From Eledone cirrhosa (Eukaryota): a DNA stretch of 64,000 bases. The stretch covers positions 20,274,001 to 20,338,000 of the forward strand of contig OZ024748.1 in assembly GCA_964016885.1 (NCBI GenBank). The letters run 5' to 3'. Below, piece after piece: positions 55,349 through 64,000 of this stretch. Each line of letters starts with the position of its first letter. Position 1 is the first letter of the stretch. Under the pieces are notes generated by a model. That model searched no databases. It was given only the letters and a program-made list of their open reading frames with translations, and had not been told where the DNA came from. Made by a program: the position numbers and the translations under genes.

Positions 55349-55583
55349 CTGAAAACATTTGAAGAAAAGAATACAAATTAAAATCAAATAAACAAAACTG
55401 AAATACTCTGGGTACAATTTTCCTTTAAAGAAAGGAATACAAATTAAGATCAAATAAACAAAACTGAAATACTCTGGGTACAATTTTCCTACATAGTGGA
55501 CTGAGTTCTACATAAGTGTGTGTCTGCATGTGTTTTACTTGAGTGAGAATATTTTCAGCACTCCAAGAGTAATTGGCAAGTCA

Positions 55584-55870
55584 TCATCCAGTGGACTCAG
55601 CCAAAATGGACTCAACAATTGATCTCCACGTGGGTCTGTTGTTCATTGCCGTTGCCAAGTCCTGGATTTCAATACCAGAATCTCTGGAGATGACATCGGG
55701 ATAGGAGGGCTTGGACCCCCTGTTATTAGTGACTGCTTGTGGTTTCCAAAGCACTAATGGGGACACAGCCTCAGAGGTGGCACGATGGCAGTGGCCAGCA
55801 AATCTTACTCTCCTTTTACATACAATGACAGATATTCGTAGGAGGCCAGCATATATTTCTTTCAATGGAC
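55584..55870 (-). mobile_element. RTE/RTEX-like LINE 3' fragment
   Basis: RRVRFAGHCHRA...LVLWKP...AMNNRPTWR. Confidence 0.7.
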
Positions 55871-56094
55871 AAATACACATTACATGCTTCTTTCTTTCCT
55901 GACCATTACAATTTGCCAAAAATTCAAAAGCAACATCAATTGTCATCTCTCTCCTTGAATCATGTTCTCTCGTCTTGTCCTACTTTCTCAGTAACCTCTT
56001 GAATTTTGGTGGCTTTATTTATTGCCTTGCTTATGGTACCCCCTCATGCACACACAAAAGATATGTAAGAGATAAACAGAGGGAAAAAAAATAG

Positions 56095-56250
56095 AAAATA
56101 TAAAGAATGACGTGCTCATTTGCAGAGTTGCTATAAAATAGGGTGAAGACACTTAAAGACAGAAAAGATGTTCCTATTGTCTGCTAGAAGGAATTGAACC
56201 CCATATCTTCCAGATACTGGCTAGGTTCTTTGAACCATTAACCCAAGAGA
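56095..56250 (-). mobile_element. tRNA-headed SINE remnant (related copy at about 9520-9655)
   Basis: TGGGTTAATGG...GGGGTTCAATTCC boxes and a shared body between the two loci. Confidence 0.5.
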
Positions 56251-56335
56251 TCGTAACAACTTTTACCATCTTACATTGGATAGCTGAATCACAGCTTTTA
56301 GATGTCAACAAACATACAAAATAAATAATACTTAC

Positions 56336-56400
56336 ATCACAGGCATTGTTGTCAGATCTTGTGACCGGTGAAGTAGGGCCGCTAATAGAGCAAGTTCATT
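56336..56400 (-). CDS. MYO15A: Myosin XV-like FERM exon
   Basis: 65 nt, NELALLAALLHRSQDLTTMPV (FERM F2 LAALxHR motif). Confidence 0.9.
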
Positions 56401-56569
56401 CTGCAAGAAATGAAGGAACAGTTTAACCATATTGTGATGTGGGGAGGGGGGACGGTTCATATTAAATAAACAGGTTTTTATTACTTTAACTCTTAACATC
56501 CTGTTGTTATTGTGGTAGATTGGCAGTACTGGTAGATAACATGCTTTAAAGCAAAGAGTTATGATCCTT

Positions 56570-56885
56570 TGCGTTCTGTGATGTTTCTATGGTTACATGT
56601 CACAAAAATCCCTACTGTCTACTGTTACTATGGTTACATGTCTCAAAAGTCCCCAATATCTATGACATTTGGTTACAGTCACAAAACCCCCCCAATATCA
56701 ATGATGTTTCTGTGGTTGTCACAAAACCCCCAATATCTATGGTGTTTCTATGGTCACAATGTCACAACTCCCCATCCCCAATATCAACGATGTTGCTATG
56801 GCTACATGTCATAAAAGCCCCCCCCCCCCCCAATATCGAACATGTATCTATGGTTACATGACTGAGATCACCAACATGTGTGAGA
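56570..56885. repeat. ~43-bp diverged minisatellite
   Basis: CTATGGTTACATGTCACAAAA recurs. Confidence 0.75.
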
Positions 56886-57205
56886 CTCTTCTTTATTGTG
56901 TTAATGTATTTTACTCTATTAATATATTTTATATTAACGTATCTTATTGTATTAACCCTTTAGCATTTACATTACTCTATATATCTATGTATTTTAAGGT
57001 AATGGCTTTATCTTATATAATTATCTCGCATGATATCAAAGCTACAAGATTTTGATGTTATTTATTTTTTAGAATAATACCTTAACATCAGTATAAGCAA
57101 CCAGTTATGGCTGATTTCAACAGAAAGAGTTGAGAAAATTCTGGCCAGATATGGCCGGTTTAAATGCTAAAGGGTTTTTTGTGGAATATCTATTGAATTA
57201 CTTAC

Positions 57206-57280
57206 TACAACTGCTTCATCCTTGAGCAACAATCCATTCTTTAAGACCAGAAAATTTCCATCAAGAAAATTTGTTAAAAT
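57206..57280 (-). CDS. MYO15A: Myosin XV-like FERM exon
   Basis: 75 nt, ILTNFLDGNFLVLKNGLLLKDEAVV, TAG/GTAAGT. Confidence 0.85.
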
Positions 57281-57593
57281 CTAAAAACAACACAAAAAAA
57301 TTATATTTTAGTTTAATTATAAGCAACAATAAAACTAAAATTAAAAACTAGTAACTTTTATTTACTATGCAATAATGAAAGGAAGAATAGAAGAAAAAGA
57401 AAAGAAAGAAAATGAAAGAAGAAATTAAACAACAAAAAGAAAAGAGGGTATGTCTACCTTAAATTTGGTATCGTGCCAACCCTTACTATGGTCATGAATC
57501 TTAACTATAATAAAGAAAGGAGTGCGGCACTGCATCCAGAATATATTTTATTTACTCCCGTTTGTAAAATAAGTTGGATTACTTTGAATAAAT

Positions 57594-57782
57594 AATTGTT
57601 TCTACTTTTAGGCACAAGGCCAGCAATTACCCAGTGCATTACTGGTACTTTATTTTATCGACCCCGTAAGGATGAAAGGCAAAGTCAACCTCGGCGGGAT
57701 CTGAACACAGATCGTAAAGGGATGTAACTATGCTGGAAAGCATGGCGTCCGTCCCTCTACCGATACTGCCAATCCACCGCCC
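57594..57782 (-). mobile_element. Full-length copy of the Deu/Nin-like SINE
   Basis: Reverse-complement near-identity to 17128-17314. Confidence 0.88.
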
Positions 57783-57797
57783 ATAGATAATGGGGAT

Positions 57798-58010
57798 TTT
57801 GAAAATTTTAAAGAAGTGAATCTTTAAATAAGCTATAAAATATATTTAATCAACAGCCACGAAATTTAGCACATAAATTATGTAATATTCATTCATTACT
57901 TTGAATAAATAATGAATGAATATTACATAATTTATGTGCTAAATTTCGTGGCTGTTGATTAAATATATTTTATAGCTTATTTAAAGATTCACTTCTTTAA
58001 AATTTTCAAA
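57798..58010. repeat. Perfect inverted repeat, 101-bp arms
   Basis: Arms 57798-57898 and 57910-58010. Confidence 0.93.
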
Positions 58011-58564
58011 TGTTAACACTTCCGGTTAACAGCCGTTATATTATAACATTTATAAAAATATTGCATATATTTCCATTGCTAATTTTCTCCTAATGCAGTT
58101 TACATATAATATCATCTTTTTTTAAATGTACCATCGATTACTTTTTACAGAAGACAGTGTAACAGACTTCGTTCAATTTCTGTGTATATTGTCAATTACG
58201 ATTTTATTTGATGTATCATATCTACATGCATATATATTTCTGTATAATATCAATATACACACATGCTACCAAAAAAAAGAAGAAGCAGGTAAATTAGGAC
58301 CACTCATTGTCAATCTATATCAACTTGGACGTATAAAAGTAAGTGATATTCACGTAAAAAGAATGCAGAAATTTCTTTAGATGTTCAGAACAATGGGAAA
58401 ACAGCACAAATTTCCCTCAACATCCATAAAGGCAGAAGAACGGAAAAAAAAAAATAAATGTTCTCAAGTGTCCATAACAGGGAAAATAATCAGGCGAATT
58501 TGTAAAAAAACAATGCGAAGTTGACAAGTCAACTCTCAAAAAAAAAAAAAAAATATATATATAT

Positions 58565-59260
58565 ATCGACAGCATATCCCGCTGCTCAGTTAAGGTCGGG
58601 AAAAGACGGCATCACGTGATGCGTCTCAGCCAATCAGATGGCTGCACTTCGGAGAAGAAAGACAATTGGCGGGAAAATTATCGGCCATTACAAAAATTAA
58701 GAATTCTTCTTTTTCTTTTGGTTTGTCTGCTTAAAAAAAATGTTCAAAAATGTTCTATTATCAGAAGGGTTGCCATTTTATAGTGTTCGATGTTCGGGGT
58801 CAACCACTTTAGGAGAGATGTTCACCATTTTAGAAGGCTGCGTTGTTTTACAATTTAGAGGGGAGTTCGTTTCCCTAGCTTGGCTGCTAGGACATCTTTT
58901 CTATTTGTTGTTAGGTGTAGGTAAACAATTAAGCAAAAAGAACATACCTCGAGATTATATGTACATGAGCATTTTAATCAGAGCAATAAACAAAGCAGGT
59001 TATCATATCAGTTGCTCCTTGATTGGTAATTCATAATTATCATTTCATGGCGGTGTTCAAATATCCCGTGACCGCATGGTGTGATATCGCTGCTTTGCCA
59101 CAGTGAAATGCGTCTGCTCGCATCAACACACAAAGTTGAAAAGAGAGTGTATTCAGCTACTGACGTCAGAACGTGACGTCAGAACTAAGGGCAGTTAATC
59201 AACTGCCTCCAAAATCAAAGCTAGGTGGCGTGATCTTCTACATGGCCTCCCACCAGATTT
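58565..59260. promoter_or_regulatory. CpG-rich motif cluster inside a myosin intron
   Basis: GCATCACGTGATGC E-box palindrome, AGCCAATCAG CCAAT box, TTGGCGGGAAAA E2F site, two TGACGTCA CRE sites and a CTCF-like GCTAGGTGGCG. Confidence 0.4.
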
Positions 59261-59894
59261 TTAGAAAAAGAAATAAAAATCGGTTCATCGGACCATGTAT
59301 GTAGAAAAACGATGAGCAACTAGCAAAAACCCCAAACCAAGGAGCAATCAGCCCAACAGAGCATGAAGGGCACAACAAATTTCAAAAGAACATATGAAAC
59401 AAGCATGCAAGAACGAGAAAGAAAAAAAATTATAATAAAATGTAAATACACACATGCTAGCAGAAAACTACCCAAGGGTGGTTTTTCTGCTAGTCTTGAG
59501 TAATGATCAAACGATTTTGATCGCAAATACAAGCAACCAAAAAGAGAGTGCCTATGAAGGGTCTTTGAAATAACATTACTCGATAGAGTGCTTAGCTCAG
59601 AGATCAGAGAATCACTCCAGGTAGGGCCGTTACTTCTCCGAATTGAGAGATCACAGCTCTGATACTATGGACATGGGGTTAGAATATCTCAGGAAAGAAT
59701 TGCTAGACAGATTTTTCAAGCAAAACCAATCAGCAGGAGACCCAGGGGTAGACCCTGAGCAAGATGGTTGGATAAGTATTTGAACTTGGCTGGTCTCACT
59801 TGGGAATTCAGCCGGATCAGTTAGAGATGGTTGCTTCTGACAGGACCAGTTGGAAGGAGTGTTTGAGGACTCTGCCTCCATGACCCTCTCAGGA

Positions 59895-60120
59895 AAGAAG
59901 AAGGAGGAGGAGAAGAAGAAGAAAAAGAAGCAGAAGCAGAAGAAGAAGAAGGAGGAGGAGGAGGAGAAGGAGGAGGAGAAGAAGGAGGAGGAGGAGGGGG
60001 AGGAGGAGAAGGAGGAGAAGGAGGAGGAGAAGAAGGAGGAGGAGGAGGAGGAGGAGGAGGAGGAGAAGAAGAAGAAGGAGGAGGAGTAGAAGAATAAGAA
60101 GAAGAAGAAGAAGAAGGAGG
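59895..60120. repeat. (GAA/GAG)n microsatellite
   Basis: Direct inspection. Confidence 0.95.
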
Positions 60121-60222
60121 TAGGTAGGTAGGTATGAAGCAACAGAATCTAGGCCCCTGTCCGAGCAGCATCTCTTGAACTGAAATTTGTTATTGAATCA
60201 AAGATAATATGGAATAGCTTAC

Positions 60223-60401
60223 TTGATAAAACATGAAATTTAAGTACAAGTCATTGGCTGTTTGGTGAATTGGGAAATACCAAACAGTTCTTTGGAAGAT
60301 TACATCATAAGGGGTTGGTTTTTTATGAAGGTCAGCAGTGATGTCAAAGAAATATTCATTGCGTGCAATTCTATGGAGACGTGCATTTGGTTTACCGCTA
60401 T
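60223..60401 (-). CDS. MYO15A: Myosin XV-like FERM exon
   Basis: 179 nt, ...RNEYFFDITADLHKKPTPYDVIFQRTVWYFPIHQTANDLYLNFMFYQ, matching the myosin XV EYILDVT...IFxRxVWYFPL...LY motif. Confidence 0.9.
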
Positions 60402-60535
60402 CTGAAACACATGTTTATTTATTACATATATATCACATTGGCTGTATAGAGGGTAGTTTAAATTTATAGAAACTGTTGAAAAAAAAAAACCATACAAGCA
60501 TGCACACACACACATATATATTCAAAAATACTTAC

Positions 60536-60626
60536 TGATTACGAGGAAAAGAGCGTATTCCTCAAGTTCCACTGATTCTGTGATTCCCAGGCGTAGGCAG
60601 ATTTCTTCAAGAATATCTTTGACAAG
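60536..60626 (-). CDS. MYO15A: Myosin XV-like FERM exon
   Basis: 91 nt, LVKDILEEICLRLGITESVELEEYALFLVI, canonical splice sites. Confidence 0.9.
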
Positions 60627-60709
60627 CTACAGTAAGTGACAAAAAGGTAAAATATTATAAGACATGGTGAACATCAAGTCTTTGGTGAGAATAAAGTCTT
60701 TAGTGAGAA

Positions 60710-61021
60710 CTAGCAGAATGGCCCAGCATTGCTCGGGATTTGCTCTAGGGTTCTTATATATCTGATATATATTTATCCTTATCGAGCCTCATGAAATAAA
60801 TACGTTTGTTTATATTTTGTTATTGTGTATGCAAAAATATCTGCACACGAATATATAATTATATATATATATATATTAAAATAACAGATTAAAGTTTAAG
60901 CAAAGAATCACTGCTTTCACCCTTAACAGGATCTTCTGAAACTAAAAAAAATCAATCTGTGAATGCAGAAGTAAATATTTCGAAAAACGTTACACACTAT
61001 ATATATATACACACATTATAT

Positions 61022-61054
<33 letters not shown>

Positions 61055-61352
61055 GATAGCGTCATATTGTCGTAATGCAGACAGCCAGACATACAGACAG
61101 ATATTATAAGGGCGCGACGTCGTAGCTATGTATCTATCTAAAAAGAAAGGCGAAGAATTATAAAGAGAGATCGCTAAATCGCCTAATGCGGTCCCTAGGG
61201 CACTGAAAATTTAAAATCTATTTTGCTCAAAACACTCACACGACCATAAGTATTACATGTGTAAAGTTTGAAAAAAATTGGTTAGGTGGTTCTCGAGTTT
61301 TAGGGAGTCAGTCAGACAGACAGACAGACATTCTCTGTTTTATATATATAGA
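60710..61352 (-). mobile_element. Non-autonomous Helitron
   Basis: Minus strand starts TC(TATATATA), has (TGTC)n near the 5' end and ends in a CCCGAGCAATGCTGGG hairpin plus CTAG. Inserted between A and T with no TSD. Confidence 0.85.
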
Positions 61353-62410
61353 TAAAGTCTTTTCCTGATTATAAAATATCATATCTCAGATACTATTTCA
61401 GATTTTACTTTTTCATTGTTTTAATTTATAAATTTCAAGTTTAAAGTTTTTCTGAACATGTTTTACATTTTCTCTTCTAGAGGAAGTAGTTGTAAATTTC
61501 AGTAATAAAATGGCATCTATGAAACAGCAAGGGAAAGATTGGAATACAACCCAAATGAAACGGACCTCATAACAGCATTGAGTGGTTCGAACGTAAATGT
61601 TGTTGTTACACACCTAACTAACATATATTTGTTTCATCATCATCATCATTTTACGTCCTCTTTTCCCTGCTTGCAAGGGTGGGACGGGAACTGATTCTGG
61701 CTTGATTTCTACAGCTAGATGCACTTCCTAACACCAACCTCATTTACAGTGAGTGCTGGGTGCTTTTTTGCCGTTGTACCTCCACGACCACTTTGCAGTG
61801 GAATGATAGGGACCCCATCTCATTTCTACAGCTGAGTAAACTGGAGCAATTTGAAATAAAGTGTCTTGCTCAAGGAAACAACACATCACCCGGTCTGAGA
61901 ATTGAACTCACAACCTTTCAATTGCAAGGCCAATGCTCTAACCACTAAGCCATGTGCCTCCTGCTGTTTATTTATATATATATATATATATTAGGTATAA
62001 ATCAAAGTTGTAGATGCCATATGCAGGTACTATTTGTGTGTGTATGTGTGTCTATCATCATCATCATCATCATCATCATCACCGTTTTACGTCCGTTCTT
62101 CTATGCTAGCATGGGCTAGACGGGTTGTCCTGTTGTGGGTAGTGTCTGGTCGGCTGACCATGCCTTGCTCATACAGGAACTGATTTTGGCTTGATTTCTA
62201 CAGCTGGATGCACTTCCTAACACCAACCTCATTTACAGTGAGTGCTGGGTGCTTTTTTGCCGTGGGACCTACACGTCCACTTTACAGTGTGGGCTGGGTG
62301 CTTTTTTGCCGTGGCACCTCCACGACCACTTTGCAGCGGTAGGGTGTGGGGGCATATTGTCTATATGCCTCCACACCCTCCCACTGTCTATATATATATA
62401 TATATATAAT

Positions 62411-62680
62411 GGAGGCATGTGGCCTAGTGGTAAGGGTGTTGGACTTACAATTATAATGTTGTGGGTTCGATTCCTGGGTTGCGTGTTGTGTTCTTGAGCA
62501 AAACACTTCATTTCCAGTTTACTCAGCTGAAAATGAGTACCAGCAATAGCTGGGGGTTTAACCCTGCGATAGACTGGTGTCTTGTCCAGGGGGAGTCTTG
62601 TACTCTCAGTCACTTAACGCCATGAAACCGGGATAAGCACCGGCCAAATGAGCCTTCTGGCTTAAGACAGACTTCAGGCT
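62411..62680 (+). mobile_element. tRNA-CORE SINE with V-domain-like body (copies at 31730-32005 and 42450-42680 on minus)
   Basis: A/B boxes and CCCTGCGATAGACTGG...GTCCAGGGGG segment. Confidence 0.8.
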
Positions 62681-62865
62681 TTTTTTATATATAACACATA
62701 AGTGAGGGTTATATTGCTATTTATGCAGATTAATGAAAGTTAAAAGTTTGACAGTTTTTACAATGAATGTTAAGATTGGGATTGGTAGGACTTGATTTAG
62801 GATAGGACTACATACCACAAGACATTTAGTTTGATGCTCTACAGATTGTGAAAAATGTTACTTAC

Positions 62866-62949
62866 TGTACTTGATCTAACTTCAATTGAATGTTTACGCT
62901 GTTCCATTCCAGCATAAGAGAACAACTGAGATTTGGACATTCTTCCTTC
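62866..62949 (-). CDS. MYO15A: Myosin XV-like tail exon (MyTH4/FERM junction)
   Basis: AG/GTAAGT-bounded 84 nt, EGRMSKSQLFSYAGMEQRKHSIEVRSST, resembling myosin XV GRSSKRQLFLLPGG. Ten exons join in frame (993 nt) to a stop codon. Confidence 0.85.
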
Positions 62950-62974
62950 CTAAAATATAAAGAAAAGAATACAT

Positions 62975-63722
62975 ATATCCACTACATATATATATGCTAC
63001 ATATCCACTACATATATATATGCTACATATCCACTACATATATATATGCTACATATCCACTACATATATATATGCTACATATCCACTACATATATATATG
63101 CTACATATCCACTACATATATATATGCTACATATCCACTACATATATATATGCTACATATCCACTACATATATATATGCTACATATCCACTACATATATA
63201 TATATGCTACATATCCACTACATATATATATGCTACATATCCACTACATATATATATGCTACATATCCACTACATATATATATGCTACATATCCACTACA
63301 TATATATATGCTACATATCTACTACATATATATATGCTACATATACACTACATATATTTCTATAACATATCCACTACATATATATATATGCTACATATCC
63401 ACTACATATCCACTACATATATATATGCTACATATCCACTACATATATATATGCTACATATCCACTACATATACACTACATATATATATGCTACATATCC
63501 ACTACATATATATATGCTACATATCCACTACATATATATATGCTACATATCTACTACATATATATATGCTACATATCCACTACATATATATATGCTACAT
63601 ATCTACTACATATATATATGCTACATATCTACTACATATATATATGCTACATATCCACTACATATATATATGCTACATATACACTACATATATATATGCT
63701 ACATATACACTACATATACACT
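62975..63722. repeat. 26-bp minisatellite, about 28 copies
   Basis: Unit ATATCCACTACATATATATATGCTAC. Confidence 0.95.
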
Positions 63723-64000
63723 AGTTGGAATTTTACCAGATAACACCACTGTTTTACAGCATATGACAAACATAGTTTACATTTATTTATATCATGACAT
63801 GTTAGACTTATCTAACATTACATAATCACTGTCTAATGCCTTGGAATTGTGTATAATTTTATGTAATACAATAAATCAAAGTGTAAAATGTAAATCCTTT
63901 TATCAATTGTCAGTTACATAATAAATATTAACCATTCAATTGAGAAATCAGTGTATTCATATAATTTATTCATTTATATATGTATATATATGTGTGTGTT

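Noticed and set aside
58740-59036. 98-aa ORF downstream of the motif island
   Set aside because: No recognisable domain or splice support.

Overview
This is eukaryotic, AT-rich, microsatellite-dense genomic DNA. Its SINE/MITE repertoire looks like an octopod cephalopod, but that is an inference from memory. Nearly all ORFs in the supplied track are microsatellite or satellite artefacts. I could reconstruct three real spliced genes from splice sites, exon phases and protein motifs. (1) WWOX on the minus strand: exon 1 at 35272-35169 and exon 2 at 3837-3773, with a 31.3 kb first intron; the gene continues past the left edge. (2) A complete CYREN/MRI-like NHEJ regulator on the plus strand (three coding exons, 37190-40744, 294 aa), head-to-head with WWOX. 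(3) The last ten coding exons of a myosin XV-type FERM tail on the minus strand (62949-50962), with a probable ~5 kb 3' UTR. The rest is RTE, CR1 and Tx1 LINE fragments, several modular tRNA-derived SINE families, piggyBac- and pogo-type MITEs, a non-autonomous Helitron and several minisatellites. The most notable non-coding signal is a set of minimal type I hammerhead-ribozyme motifs in short elements at (TA)n tracts. One has an intact core and sits inside a perfect 159-bp fold-back palindrome in WWOX intron 1. Several other long inverted repeats occur, one produced at a TSD-bounded SINE insertion. Transposon boundaries are approximate unless a TSD or TIR is quoted.
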